A DNA stretch of 64,000 nucleotides from Candidatus Ryanbacteria bacterium RIFCSPLOWO2_12_FULL_44_26 (GCA_001821765.1 MHOA01000006.1:4389-68388); one strand, 5' to 3'. Numbered from the stretch's first letter, positions 10,255-20,614 are shown. Numbers and translations: made by a program. Notes: generated by a model from the letters alone, not told the origin.

Positions 10255-11112
10255 ATGCAATATATGTCCGTAAAAAAACACAAACACTCCGCTCATCGGC
10301 TCAATCCAAACATTTTCATGGGGCAGCATTTTTTAACCGCACCAGCCGTTCTTCGCAACATCATCGCTGCGGCGAAATTGACAAAAAAAGATACGGTCAT
10401 TGAGATAGGGCCGGGCAAAGGCATTTTAACAGAGGCGCTTATGGGGAGGGTAAAAAAAGTTATTGCGATAGAAAAAGACAAGCGCCTTGTTGCATATCTA
10501 AAAGATGCATTTAAAAACGAAAAAAATGTTGACATTATTGAGGGAGACATTTTAGAAATCGCCTCTCATCCGCATTCCGTCATACACCCCGCACTACAAG
10601 AAACATATAAAATAGTCGCGAATCTGCCCTACTACATCACCTCGCGGTTTTTGCGGGTTTTTCTTTCTCCAAAAACCTTCGCTCCCCCAATCTCCATGAC
10701 GCTTCTGGTCCAAAAAGAGGTGGCCGAACGCATTGTTTTAAGGCACCGAGGCAAGGAAAAAATGAGCCTTTTGGGGCTTTCTGTCGGGGCATACGGCAGT
10801 CCGAACATCATCGCTTCGGTAAAGCCGTCCGCCTTCAAGCCCGCTCCAAAGGTTCACTCGGCTATTTTGTCCATTGAACACATATCCGATGCATTTTTTA
10901 AAAAACACCGCATAGACCCGCAAATATTTTTCTTCATCGCAAAGCAGGCCTTTTCCAAAAAAAGAAAGATGCTCAAATCTTCTCTTGGCATAAAAAATCC
11001 TGCGTACTGCAAAAAGCGGCCGGAGGAGCTTTCTTTGGACGAGTGGGCGATTTTAACGCGAGAGATACTGCACAATGAACAAAAAACAAACAATACGCCG
11101 GATTTTTCTTAA
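10255..11112 (+). CDS. ksgA: 16S rRNA (adenine1518/1519-N6)-dimethyltransferase
   Basis: GQHFL...IEIGPGKGILTE ... ANLPYYITS motifs of the RsmA/KsgA family. Confidence 0.85.
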   Translation: MQYMSVKKHKHSAHRLNPNIFMGQHFLTAPAVLRNIIAAAKLTKKDTVIEIGPGKGILTEALMGRVKKVIAIEKDKRLVAYLKDAFKNEKNVDIIEGDILEIASHPHSVIHPALQETYKIVANLPYYITSRFLRVFLSPKTFAPPISMTLLVQKEVAERIVLRHRGKEKMSLLGLSVGAYGSPNIIASVKPSAFKPAPKVHSAILSIEHISDAFFKKHRIDPQIFFFIAKQAFSKKRKMLKSSLGIKNPAYCKKRPEELSLDEWAILTREILHNEQKTNNTPDFS

Positions 11113-11151
11113 AAAAACTATCCAGTGGTTGTATACAATTTAATCCGCGCG

Positions 11152-11160
11152 TTATCCACA
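11152..11160 (+). promoter_or_regulatory. Perfect DnaA-box consensus TTATCCACA in the ksgA-downstream intergenic region
   Basis: Exact 9-mer read in the sequence. An extended -10-like TGaTATAAT lies about 35 nt downstream (11192-11200). A single box, so functional significance is uncertain. Confidence 0.3.
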
Positions 11161-11257
11161 TACATTCAAACGCTCTGAATGCGAATTTTGCTGATATAAT
11201 AAGGAAAGCGGAGCACTCCGGGTTATTATCAACAGACAACCGGGAGACCGCGGTGTT

Positions 11258-12214
11258 TTGGGTTACCTATCAATTAAAAAAGCCTTCGCAATTGTTCTTA
11301 GTCTCGCTTTGGCGGGGGGAATTTCCTTTTTTTATTTTGACCTGAAGGAAAAATTCCCCAAAAGTGCAAAAGAAGGCGGCATATCAAAACCAAAGATCAC
11401 CGCGCGCACAGGAAACGGTTTGCCCGTATCTTTGGAGAACGGGAGGGGCTGGCGGGAACTGCTTGAAGAGATCCGGTTAAATATTCCGCTTGGAGATCAA
11501 AAAAAACCACCGGATACACCAGTCCTCTTATACGACGAAAACACATTGACAGGAAAGCTGGCCCAGGCAACGGCGGAGCGCTATTTTGAGTTAAAAAAAC
11601 TCTCTCCAAACCTCCCCACATCGGTCATAAACCAAAAAGGGTTTTCCAAAGAAATCGCGGAAGAAATCACGGCGCTCTATCTTGCCAATGGAGCAAACCC
11701 CTATGCCCCAAACAGCATAGCGGTCATAAAAAATGCCGATGTGAACGATCGTCGCCGGTATCTAAACGCGCTCGCGTACGTGCTCAAAACAAACTTCCCC
11801 GCCGGCAATAAGAACAACAGCAATGCCGCAGAAGAGGTGCCGAAAGAAATATTAATCATTCTTTCTACGCTCAAGACAAAACAGTATGAAACTCTTTCCG
11901 ACTTAGATCCGTATATCGCCCATTATGTAAACGCCGCTAAAGGATTTATATCAATACCGGTGCCCGGGGACTACGTTCAGTTTCACCTGCGCCTTAGCAA
12001 TTCTTTCGCAAACGTTGCCTACGCGCTTCAGTCCATGCAGAAATCCGGAAGCGATCCGGTCACGGCCGTTATGGGAAGAAATCTGTATTCAACAGAGATT
12101 AACGCTTCTCGTATTCTTATGACGTACTTAAAGCTGCAAATAGAAAAAAACGAGTTTGTTTTTTCTGCAGAAGAAGACGGGCATTATTTTTACCAATATA
12201 TTAACAAGATTTAA
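11258..12214 (+). CDS. Hypothetical N-terminally membrane-anchored protein
   Basis: 318 aa. N-terminal TM (FAIVLSLALAGGISFFYF). No recognisable domain. Confidence 0.4.
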   Translation: MGYLSIKKAFAIVLSLALAGGISFFYFDLKEKFPKSAKEGGISKPKITARTGNGLPVSLENGRGWRELLEEIRLNIPLGDQKKPPDTPVLLYDENTLTGKLAQATAERYFELKKLSPNLPTSVINQKGFSKEIAEEITALYLANGANPYAPNSIAVIKNADVNDRRRYLNALAYVLKTNFPAGNKNNSNAAEEVPKEILIILSTLKTKQYETLSDLDPYIAHYVNAAKGFISIPVPGDYVQFHLRLSNSFANVAYALQSMQKSGSDPVTAVMGRNLYSTEINASRILMTYLKLQIEKNEFVFSAEEDGHYFYQYINKI

Positions 12215-12222
12215 TTGCGGCC

Positions 12223-13443
12223 ATGACAGTCTTTAAAAACAATGTTATGCAACGACACCATAGAGGCGCTTTGGCGATGCTGCTTTTGCCCGGATGTATG
12301 TTATTTATCCCAAGCTACGCCTTCGCGCAACTGCAGGTGCCGGTATGGGATGAAGCGTTAAGCGGCACATTTGACGGTGATTTTGCATGGTTTAAAAGAA
12401 GTTTTGGCAGAGATCCTTATAGTCCAAATAGCTTTCGGGAAGATTTCAATGAAACGTTTGACCAAGGAGGCCTCCTAGAGGCTCCCATTTCCCTCATAGA
12501 AACAGGGCTCGCTGACTTTGGTGGCGGGTGGTTTTATGACGCCTGGATGGCGACGTTCGGGCCGTATGGGTGGTTTACGCAAAAAGAAGTGGGGACCAAG
12601 GGCTACTATGAAATACTCGGCAGCGGACAGACACTTATAGATTCATGGGATTCAATAGGGTTCTATCAGGAAAAGGACTTATTGAGCGAGGTGTCCAGAA
12701 CAATAACGGCGTTTCTTCTGGAAAGCCGCTACTCGCTGGAAGGCGGCGGCGGAGTGGCAGAGCCGCTCTTTGTCACCTTCACGCCGGACTATATGGACGC
12801 CGAAACGGACAACACCGCGGGTGTGTTTCTCGGAGATCAGTCGCTTACAAACGTATGCGAACCGTTTACGGAAAGTGTGCGAATCGCATTGGCATATCAA
12901 AAAAATAAAGAACAGATTACCTTTAACGAAAAGGCGGACTGCACAAACTTTAATCTGGAAACCTATTACGACAGTTTTCTTGGCGGCGGAGGATGGGATA
13001 CGTGGACGGATTCTTTTGATCCGCAAAACAACTTTTATGGATCGCTGATCATTGCGGAAAGCGAATTTATAGAAAGGGAAAACATCACCAATGCGGAACT
13101 AACCACAGAGCTTATCGGCGGGCAAGGAGTGCTTGACCTTCAGGTGTGTGTGGAAGCGATTACAGAAGACGGTTTTCCGTGTAGCGCCTACCCGGACGAC
13201 GGGTGTTTCTGCAAGACATTTGTCACCCGTACACACGCAAAGTCGGTTCAACAGCTCTTTACGCCTGTTCAGGATGCAAATCTTGAAGTCCGTGGGGATT
13301 CAGACGAACTGACAGAAGACGCGGTGGACGCAATCCTTAGCGCAATTGTCCCGTACGAGAGATATGACAATTTCTATGAGGGTTTCTACCAAGAAACAAT
13401 AAATGGCCTGTGGAGAGACGGCGCACAATGGTATCTTCCTTAA
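12223..13443 (+). CDS. Hypothetical secreted protein
   Basis: 406 aa. Signal-peptide-like N-terminus (ALAMLLLPGCMLFIPSYAFAQ). Acidic, with Trp/Gly-rich GGGG motifs. No recognisable domain. Confidence 0.4.
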   Translation: MTVFKNNVMQRHHRGALAMLLLPGCMLFIPSYAFAQLQVPVWDEALSGTFDGDFAWFKRSFGRDPYSPNSFREDFNETFDQGGLLEAPISLIETGLADFGGGWFYDAWMATFGPYGWFTQKEVGTKGYYEILGSGQTLIDSWDSIGFYQEKDLLSEVSRTITAFLLESRYSLEGGGGVAEPLFVTFTPDYMDAETDNTAGVFLGDQSLTNVCEPFTESVRIALAYQKNKEQITFNEKADCTNFNLETYYDSFLGGGGWDTWTDSFDPQNNFYGSLIIAESEFIERENITNAELTTELIGGQGVLDLQVCVEAITEDGFPCSAYPDDGCFCKTFVTRTHAKSVQQLFTPVQDANLEVRGDSDELTEDAVDAILSAIVPYERYDNFYEGFYQETINGLWRDGAQWYLP

Positions 13444-15853
13444 ACGCCGCAACATTCCAAAAGCACCACGGCATGATCTTACACGCAAGCAACACATGGC
13501 GAAGAGCATAAAACACATCGCCTATCACAGAGTGACGGTGAAACACGTTGTATTTTTTCTGGCAACAGGAACGATTTTGGCGGCGCTGACCGTTCCGCAC
13601 ATCGCCTCTGCCGCCAGCGCTCCGTGCGACGCGTGGGGATTTATTAACATTAAATTCACTGCGGACTGCTTCTCGTGGATCATCTTAAACATATTATATT
13701 TGCCGCTCTACTTGGCGGGATGGCTGCTGCGGTTTGTTGCGGGATTTTTTGACATCGCCGTAAACATTTCCATCCAAAACGGCGCGTACGATCCCGGAGC
13801 CATCCCTGTTATCGGCCTTGGGTGGGGCATCACCAGAGATGTCGCGACCATGTTTCTTATTTTTATACTCCTTATCATTGCCATCGGCATTATCCTCCGG
13901 CTCGAGCGATTCGGATCAAAACAAATTCTCACCTATTTAATCATTGTGGGCCTCCTCATCAACTTCAGCCTGCCTATTTCACAGCTTGTTATTGACGCGT
14001 CAAACGTTCTTGCCCTTACGTTCTATAACGGCTTAGCGGCCAATGCCGGAGCGAGTCCCGCGCCCGCCGCCGTTGGAGGGCTTTTTCCGGCTCCGGCCGG
14101 TATTGCGGGCGTATTTGTTGAAGGACTGGCTCCTCAAAAAACACTGGAAACAGGAAGAACAGCTCCCGGCACCGAAATACTATCGGCGGACGGGGGGGCG
14201 CTGGTTTTAAAGGTGCTCTTGAACGGTATTATTTCGATGCTCATGGGAATTGCTATTATTCTTACTGCCGCGTTCGTCCTCGGCGCGCTTGGAATTCTTT
14301 TTATCATACGGATGGTCGTCCTTTGGATAATCATGATTCTCGCTCCCCTTGCATTTATCGCCATGATACTTCCCGTCACCCGCAGCTACGCGACAAGATG
14401 GTGGCGGAAACTTTTTGAACAGTCCTTCTTTGCTCCTTTTGCGCTTTTTTTCTTCTATCTGGTTGGGAAAGTCATTGAGAGCGGATTTTTAAAAAACGTA
14501 TTTGGAGTTACCGGAAACACGATGGTTACTGATGCCGCGGCGATGTCCGTACTTGTCTCAAATGTCAGAATTATCGCGCAGTATATTGCGCTTATTGTGC
14601 TGCTTATTGCGTCACTCATCGTTTCAAAAGAGCTGAGCGCTTATGGGGCCACTACAGCATTGGCGACGGGGCGCAAAGCCGGAAAGAGCGCGCAAGGCGC
14701 GGCTGGGCGAGCCGCCAGAAGAACGGCGCTTCGGGCCGCCGGCGCTGTTGCCGGAGGGGTCGCGGCGACGAGAGCCGGCAGAGCTGTTATGAACATTGTT
14801 CCCGGGGGGCGGGCGGGCGTACAGCGCGCGATGAGCGAGGGCGCCGAAGCAAGGGACTACAGAGCCAAACAAGAAGCCGAGCGGGTAAAGAATCTCTCTC
14901 CATATGACCTTGCAAGAGCCGCTCCAACGCTGACGCCCGAGGCGCGAGCAAGACTCTTTAAAGGGTGGAGACCGGAACAGCGGGAAAAATATGTAGCAGA
15001 GCTGGAAAAACGCGGGGAGTTGAGTAGTTTTGTAAAAAGCGTTACTGGGGTGGCCAAGGGCGGGGGCGGGGAGCGTTACGCTGGAATTGAAAAAGATCTG
15101 GCAAAATCGGTCGCGCCGCACAACGCAGAAGAGGCACTTAAAATTTCAAACCCCGACGTATTCATCACCACTTCGGGAGGCGAAGAAAGGCTTCCCGAAT
15201 TTGAAAAAGGAGAAGCGGCAAGCGAACGGGCGCAACGGGCGGCAAACGACCTTTTTGCATCTCTTACTCCGGAACAGCGCGCAAAGATCACGCGCGGCAT
15301 CGGCGCCGCCGACACCAATATCGGGAAACGCTACCGCGAGTACATAACACAACAAGGAAAACTGAATGAATTTACGGCTGATCGCGAAACCATAAAACAC
15401 ACCAATCGGATGCTTAACCAAATAGCGGCCGACTACGACGTGGACGTAACAGTGCACATGGAAGAGGCGAGAAAGGAGGCGGAATTTTCCAAAATGAAAG
15501 CCGCCGCGGAATCAAAGGGTATTTCCACAAAAGTACAGGTGGAAAGCCCCGGACGGAAGATAGGAGAGGACAAAACGCACGAGGAGTTAAAACGCGAACT
15601 TGAGTTCGCCGGAGCAAAGGTTGAAGTAACCAATGAGGAGGTTGAGGAAATCGCCAAGCAGAAAACTCTCGCTAAAGTGCAGGAGCGGCTCCGACGGGAA
15701 GGAAAGGGGCAGTTTGCAGACCAACTCTCATCCAATATGGGGACACAGCTATTCTTCAGCCCCAAGCGAGTAGAGATTCGCGGGGGGGAAGAAAAGAAAG
15801 AGAGCGTCACGCGCGAAGATGTTGAGGAAATGATGGAAAGTAAAAAAACATAA
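13403..15853 (+). CDS. Polytopic membrane protein with charged coiled-coil C-terminal tail; candidate TrbL/VirB6-like T4SS component (likely true start ATG 13496)
   Basis: At least 6 predicted TM helices in the first 400 aa, then an Ala/Gly/Arg-rich linker and a long E/K-rich tail. Lies immediately upstream of PrgI-like and VirB4 genes. Assignment is by architecture and context, not by a sequence motif. Confidence 0.5.
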   Translation: MACGETAHNGIFLKRRNIPKAPRHDLTRKQHMAKSIKHIAYHRVTVKHVVFFLATGTILAALTVPHIASAASAPCDAWGFINIKFTADCFSWIILNILYLPLYLAGWLLRFVAGFFDIAVNISIQNGAYDPGAIPVIGLGWGITRDVATMFLIFILLIIAIGIILRLERFGSKQILTYLIIVGLLINFSLPISQLVIDASNVLALTFYNGLAANAGASPAPAAVGGLFPAPAGIAGVFVEGLAPQKTLETGRTAPGTEILSADGGALVLKVLLNGIISMLMGIAIILTAAFVLGALGILFIIRMVVLWIIMILAPLAFIAMILPVTRSYATRWWRKLFEQSFFAPFALFFFYLVGKVIESGFLKNVFGVTGNTMVTDAAAMSVLVSNVRIIAQYIALIVLLIASLIVSKELSAYGATTALATGRKAGKSAQGAAGRAARRTALRAAGAVAGGVAATRAGRAVMNIVPGGRAGVQRAMSEGAEARDYRAKQEAERVKNLSPYDLARAAPTLTPEARARLFKGWRPEQREKYVAELEKRGELSSFVKSVTGVAKGGGGERYAGIEKDLAKSVAPHNAEEALKISNPDVFITTSGGEERLPEFEKGEAASERAQRAANDLFASLTPEQRAKITRGIGAADTNIGKRYREYITQQGKLNEFTADRETIKHTNRMLNQIAADYDVDVTVHMEEARKEAEFSKMKAAAESKGISTKVQVESPGRKIGEDKTHEELKRELEFAGAKVEVTNEEVEEIAKQKTLAKVQERLRREGKGQFADQLSSNMGTQLFFSPKRVEIRGGEEKKESVTREDVEEMMESKKT

Positions 15854-15864
15854 ATATACATTAT

Positions 15865-16785
15865 ATGAAATATTATTCTAAGGAAACGCTCCTCGACCGG
15901 TATGAAAAACTCCCCCAAGAGCTGAAGGGCGCGATATTTGCGCAAGTGAATACCGACAATTTGTTAAAAATAGGAAGGAACAACAATCTTACATTTGACC
16001 AGATAGGCGCGATGGCCAGGGAAACCGGCTATGTCATTCTCGGCATTACACATCCCGCACGCTTTGTATACAAACTGAAAGAAAGTCTCAATATTGACAC
16101 CGCGAGGGCCAATGCCGTGGCGCGCGACATAAACAGGGAAATATTCCGTTCAATCTGGACAAATCTTCGCGAGGTCCACAACATCAAAGATGCCGCGACA
16201 TCTGATGAGGTGGTTGCGGGGAAAAAAGAGGGCGCGAGAACGCCAGCCCCCCAAAAAACGGAAACACCAACCGCTGAACGGGCTATAAACGCTCAACCAG
16301 AAACGGCAACACAAAAAGTGGCGCCCATGGTATTGCCCCAAAAGCCGCCCGCTACAAAAAAAGAACAAACAACACAAGAACAGATCCCCCCTCAAACCGA
16401 TGAACTATTTATCCCGATATTAAGAAAGGTTGCGCCTCCAGCGCGGGAGACGCCCGACGCCGAATACAAAAAAGAAGACGCGGAAGACGGACGAAGCGAA
16501 AAAGTTCAATTAGAACAGAGCGTCGTCATGCCGGAAAAAAAATTACAAGAAACAGTCGGGGCAGAAACACAACAAACGACATTCGCCCCTCTCCCCGAAA
16601 AATCCGAGACAGGCGAAAAAAGCGTTCCACAAGAACGCGCAACCCCGGAGCAACAAACACAAAAAGATATCAAAATGGTCTTCCCGGAAAAGTTTGCCGC
16701 AAAAAGCCCACCGGAGCAAAAAGACCAATCCAAAGAGTCTCCGCCTCCGCCCAAAATAGACCCTTACCGTGAATCGATAGAATAG
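15865..16785 (+). CDS. Hypothetical protein with Pro/Glu/Lys/Thr/Gln-rich low-complexity C-terminal half
   Basis: 306 aa. Globular N-terminal 100 aa followed by disordered repeats (PEQQTQKD..., PPEQKDQSKESPPPPK). Confidence 0.4.
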   Translation: MKYYSKETLLDRYEKLPQELKGAIFAQVNTDNLLKIGRNNNLTFDQIGAMARETGYVILGITHPARFVYKLKESLNIDTARANAVARDINREIFRSIWTNLREVHNIKDAATSDEVVAGKKEGARTPAPQKTETPTAERAINAQPETATQKVAPMVLPQKPPATKKEQTTQEQIPPQTDELFIPILRKVAPPARETPDAEYKKEDAEDGRSEKVQLEQSVVMPEKKLQETVGAETQQTTFAPLPEKSETGEKSVPQERATPEQQTQKDIKMVFPEKFAAKSPPEQKDQSKESPPPPKIDPYRESIE

Positions 16786-16851
16786 AACAAATTACTCATT
16801 AACCTATGTACAGCTACATATTATTCGCAAAGCTCTAAAATTCAGGTACAT

Positions 16852-17271
16852 ATGCAACAATTTCAGGTTCCACAATTCATTGACGTTGAGGATAAGATTA
16901 TAGGGCCGCTTACGCTAAAACAGTTTATATTTCTTGTTGTTGGCGGCGTGCTCGCTTACTTTATCAAGCGGGTGTTTCCGGACATTATATTCTGGGCGGT
17001 TGTCATTCCTATGGGGGGCGCGGTTGCCGCTTTGGCATTCTTAAAAGTAAACGGGCGGCCGCTTTCCCACACCGTCATCAGCGCCTTTAAGTTCTATGCC
17101 ACCTCTCGTCTGTACCTGTGGAGAAAAGGACAGAAAAAGAAACCATTGAAAGAAAAAACAAAACAGGAAGTGCGGCCCCTTGGGCAAATCGTCGGGCCGA
17201 AATTAACAAAAAGAAGACTGGAAGACCTGGCATGGAGTCTGGACGTTCATGAAAAGTTTAAACGCCAATAA
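16852..17271 (+). CDS. PrgI-like / VirB3-like small membrane protein (T4SS)
   Basis: 139 aa. N-terminus IDVEDKIIGPLTLKQFIFLVVGGVLAYFI plus a second TM, typical of PrgI-family proteins that precede VirB4 in Gram-positive-type conjugation loci. Confidence 0.5.
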   Translation: MQQFQVPQFIDVEDKIIGPLTLKQFIFLVVGGVLAYFIKRVFPDIIFWAVVIPMGGAVAALAFLKVNGRPLSHTVISAFKFYATSRLYLWRKGQKKKPLKEKTKQEVRPLGQIVGPKLTKRRLEDLAWSLDVHEKFKRQ

Positions 17272-17288
17272 TATGGTACAAATATAAT

Positions 17289-18008
17289 ATGTGGGAAGGG
17301 GCGCTAAAAAGCGCAAAACCAACTCAAGAAATCGTGCCGATAGAGGAGGTGCGGGATGGGATTGTGGTGTTAAAAAACAAAGGGCTTCGTTCCATTCTTA
17401 TGGCGTCCAGCATCAATTTTGCGCTGAAGTCTGCAGAAGAACAGGATGCCATTATTGTGCAGTTTCAAAATCTTCTAAACACCCTTGACTTCTCGCTCCA
17501 GTTTTTTATTCAATCCCGGCGGCTAAGAATTGAGCCGTATCTGGACCTGCTTCGGGAGAGACTGAAAGAACAGGCCAATGAACTGCTCCGCATCCAAACA
17601 ACAGAGTACATTGAATTTATTAAAAGTCTCGTTGAGAATTCTGACATCGTATCAAAAACATTTTATGTTGTGGTCCCTATAGACCCTGTTATTGTCGATA
17701 TAAAAGTCGGCTTTATTGATAAACTGTTCGGGAAACAAAAACAGCAAGATGGGGGCGGCAGGGGCCTTCCGCAAGAAAAATTTGAAGAATACCGCTATCA
17801 GCTTATCCAACGGGTAGATATTGTACATCAGAGCCTGCTTCGCTTTGGGGTAAGGGCCGTTCCTTTAAACACGGAGGAGATCATTGAGCTGTTTTACAAT
17901 TTATACAATCCCGGAGAAAGCAAAGAAGGAACAATGCCGGAAATAGGCGTGAAGACCGATATAGCGCCCGTAAAAGAAAGTATCAATGATGCGTATGGCT
18001 TTATTTAG
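17289..18008 (+). CDS. VirB4/TrbE N-terminal domain (appears separated from the ATPase domain by a frame change)
   Basis: 239 aa. IVPIEEVRDGIVVLKNKGLRSILMASSINFALKSAEEQDAIIVQFQNLLNTLDFSLQFFIQSRRL matches the characteristic N-terminus of Gram-positive VirB4 homologues. Ends 23 nt inside the next ORF in a different frame. Confidence 0.6.
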   Translation: MWEGALKSAKPTQEIVPIEEVRDGIVVLKNKGLRSILMASSINFALKSAEEQDAIIVQFQNLLNTLDFSLQFFIQSRRLRIEPYLDLLRERLKEQANELLRIQTTEYIEFIKSLVENSDIVSKTFYVVVPIDPVIVDIKVGFIDKLFGKQKQQDGGGRGLPQEKFEEYRYQLIQRVDIVHQSLLRFGVRAVPLNTEEIIELFYNLYNPGESKEGTMPEIGVKTDIAPVKESINDAYGFI

Positions 18009-19815
18009 ACGAGCAAAAAAAGCAGAAGCAGAACAGATGCTTCCCATCTATCCGCAGGAAATATTTGAAGCGGGACTCCTGGACTTAAAGGACGTCTTGG
18101 CTCCTTCCGCGTTTGAGGTCAGCCCGAGCGATATGCGGCTTGGGCAGAAATTCGTACAAACAATATTTGTTTTCTCGTATCCGAGATTTCTTGCAACCAA
18201 CTGGTTTTCCGGCGTTCTGAACCTAGACAAAGAGTTTGATGTTTCCCTTTTTGTGCATCCTGTTGATACCGCGATGATGCTAAGGAGGCTTAGAAAAAAA
18301 GTCGCGGAGGTTCAATCCCAGATTACAGAACGCGAAGAAAAAGGGCTGGTAAGAGACCCTATGCTGGACACCGCCTACCGTGATCTGGAAGACCTTAGAG
18401 ACAAACTCATGCAGGCGCGTGAGCACCTTTTCTCTTTTGGTCTTTACATCACCATCTATGCGGATTCAAAAAGAGATTTGGAGAAGACGGCATCACTGGT
18501 CCGCTCAATGCTTGACGCCAGACTCGTGCTTACGAAGCCGGCATTGTTTCAGCAAAAAGAGGGACTCAATTCCGTTTTCCCGCTGGCAATGGATCAGCTG
18601 AACGTGAACAATTATATGAACTCCGCTCCGCTCTCAAGCGTGTTCCCGTTCACCTCTTTTGACCTTACCTCAAACAAAGGAATACTCTTTGGCATAAACC
18701 GCCACAACAGCTCTCTGGTCCTTTTTGATCGATTCAGTTTTGAAAACTATAACTCCGTTGTCTTTGCAAAGTCTGGGTCGGGAAAATCCTATACGGCAAA
18801 GTTAGAGATTTTGCGTTCGCTTATGCTGGACACCGATGTCATTGTTATAGATCCGGAACGAGAATATGAATATCTCGCTGAAACGGTGGGCGGGAGGTAT
18901 TTCAATATTGCTTTGACTTCAAAACACCACATCAACCCCTTTGATCTTCCTCCTCCACGCGAAGACGAATCTCCGACCGACATTCTTCGTTCACATGTGA
19001 TAAGTCTTGTGGGACTATTTAGAATCATGCTCGGCGGGCTCACTCCTGAAGAGGACGCGATCCTTGACCGTTCAATTAACGAAACCTATGCATCAAAAGA
19101 CATAACGCCGGAAACTGACTTTTCAAAAAAACCCCCTCCGCTGCTTTCCGACCTGGAACTGGTGCTTGCCAGCATGGTCGGCGCCGAATCGCTGGCAATA
19201 CGCCTTAGGAAATTCACCACCGGCACGTGGGGCGGGTTTATCAATCAACACACCAACGTTGACGTTCACAACCAGCTCGTCGTGTTTTCGGTGAGGGACA
19301 TGGAAGACGAACTGCGACCGGTCGCGATGTATTTGATTGTTCAATTCGTTTGGGGGGCAATTCGAAGAGAAATGAAAAAACGGCTTCTCGTGGTAGATGA
19401 GGCGTGGTGGATTATGAAAACTGAAGATGGCGCCTCGTTCCTGTACGGACTTGCGAAGCGGGCACGTAAATATTATCTCGGACTTGCAACGATAACGCAG
19501 GATGTCGCTGACTTTATGGGCTCTCCTTACGGGAAACCCATCATCACAAACTCCTCTATTCAGATGTTGCTCAAACAGTCCCCGGGCACCATTGATGTCG
19601 TGCAAAAAACTTTTAATCTCACCGAGGAGGAAAAATTTTTGCTCCTTGAATCCGACGTGGGGGAGGGAATATTCTTCGCCGGATTAAAACATGTCGCAAT
19701 AAAGATCATTGCCTCATATACCGAGCACCAAATTATCACCTCCGATCCGTCGGAACTTTTGGCCATTAAAAAAGCAAAAGAGGAATATATGGCAAATAAA
19801 GGGGGCAATGTTTAA
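17986..19815 (+). CDS. virB4: VirB4/TrbE/CagE-family type IV secretion ATPase (C-terminal portion incl. Walker A)
   Basis: 609 aa. VVFAKSGSGKSYTAKLEILRS (Walker A), VVDEAWWIM (Walker B) and ITQDVADF motifs typical of VirB4/TraC. Confidence 0.85.
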   Translation: MMRMALFRRAKKAEAEQMLPIYPQEIFEAGLLDLKDVLAPSAFEVSPSDMRLGQKFVQTIFVFSYPRFLATNWFSGVLNLDKEFDVSLFVHPVDTAMMLRRLRKKVAEVQSQITEREEKGLVRDPMLDTAYRDLEDLRDKLMQAREHLFSFGLYITIYADSKRDLEKTASLVRSMLDARLVLTKPALFQQKEGLNSVFPLAMDQLNVNNYMNSAPLSSVFPFTSFDLTSNKGILFGINRHNSSLVLFDRFSFENYNSVVFAKSGSGKSYTAKLEILRSLMLDTDVIVIDPEREYEYLAETVGGRYFNIALTSKHHINPFDLPPPREDESPTDILRSHVISLVGLFRIMLGGLTPEEDAILDRSINETYASKDITPETDFSKKPPPLLSDLELVLASMVGAESLAIRLRKFTTGTWGGFINQHTNVDVHNQLVVFSVRDMEDELRPVAMYLIVQFVWGAIRREMKKRLLVVDEAWWIMKTEDGASFLYGLAKRARKYYLGLATITQDVADFMGSPYGKPIITNSSIQMLLKQSPGTIDVVQKTFNLTEEEKFLLLESDVGEGIFFAGLKHVAIKIIASYTEHQIITSDPSELLAIKKAKEEYMANKGGNV

Positions 19816-19821
19816 AGACGC

Positions 19822-20607
19822 TTGCTCGCATTGATCAATATGGACGAACAACGCACAACGGGACAACAGAGCGAAGAACAGCGACCAGAGCGCGCAATGG
19901 AAAATCGTCGGCTCTCAGGGCTTAACCGCGCTCGGCGCGGGGGCTTAAGAGAATCACTCAGCTTGGTTAAAGAAGCGGCGCACACCACAAAAGCGATTGC
20001 GGAATCGACTGTTGCTATCGGGGCTGTCATCGCCGCAATTCCCACAGGAGGAAGGTCTCTGAATGTTGCGCGCGTGGCAGCGCGTGCGGCGATCAAAGAC
20101 GTCACGCGCGCCGTGCGTGAGCATCGCCGCCGCACGAAAATGAGAGAAAAAAGAAACCGCGAGGATGGTGGAATGCGAGAAAAAAAACAAGACATTCCAC
20201 TTGTAGAAGGAGCGCTATTCGCCGGGTTTCTGTTTTTTCTTTTTGACGTGCCGCAGATGATACTTGCTCTTTTTATTATCGGCATTTTTCTAAACTGGAT
20301 TATAAGCCTCTTCGGCTGGCTCGCTGTTTATATATGGCTAAAAAGAAAAGGGTATTCATTGCTTGATATAAATGATATAAAAAAAGGGTATGGCTCATTG
20401 CTCTTTTTGTTCTCTGGGATGGCCGGAGCGGACGTTGCCACTTTGATTGCGCCGTGCCTCGCCCTTTTTGTTATTATATTTGTTTTGAAAATAAAAGCGG
20501 AAAGGCTCCTTGCAAGGGTGATCGGCAACAAGTCAGCGCAAAAAGCATTATATCCAACATCAAGTCTGGCTGGGCCGCTGATGCTAAATCAAAACACTAA
20601 AAAATAA
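19822..20607 (+). CDS. Hypothetical membrane protein (Arg-rich N-terminus, 3-4 TM C-terminal half)
   Basis: 261 aa. TM helices (LFAGFLFFLFDVPQMILALFIIGIFLNWIISLFGWLAVYIW; LIAPCLALFVIIFVL). Lies inside the T4SS-like cluster. Confidence 0.4.
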   Translation: MLALINMDEQRTTGQQSEEQRPERAMENRRLSGLNRARRGGLRESLSLVKEAAHTTKAIAESTVAIGAVIAAIPTGGRSLNVARVAARAAIKDVTRAVREHRRRTKMREKRNREDGGMREKKQDIPLVEGALFAGFLFFLFDVPQMILALFIIGIFLNWIISLFGWLAVYIWLKRKGYSLLDINDIKKGYGSLLFLFSGMAGADVATLIAPCLALFVIIFVLKIKAERLLARVIGNKSAQKALYPTSSLAGPLMLNQNTKK

Positions 20608-20614
20608 AAGCGCC

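Noticed and set aside
14624-15121. 165-aa minus-strand Arg/Ser/Gly-rich ORF
   Set aside because: Antisense to the Ala/Gly/Arg-rich linker of the VirB6-like gene. GC-rich shadow ORF.
19812-20285. 157-aa minus-strand Arg-rich ORF
   Set aside because: Antisense to the 5' part of the membrane-protein gene 19822-20607. Composition (R/S/A-rich) typical of a GC-rich antisense artefact.
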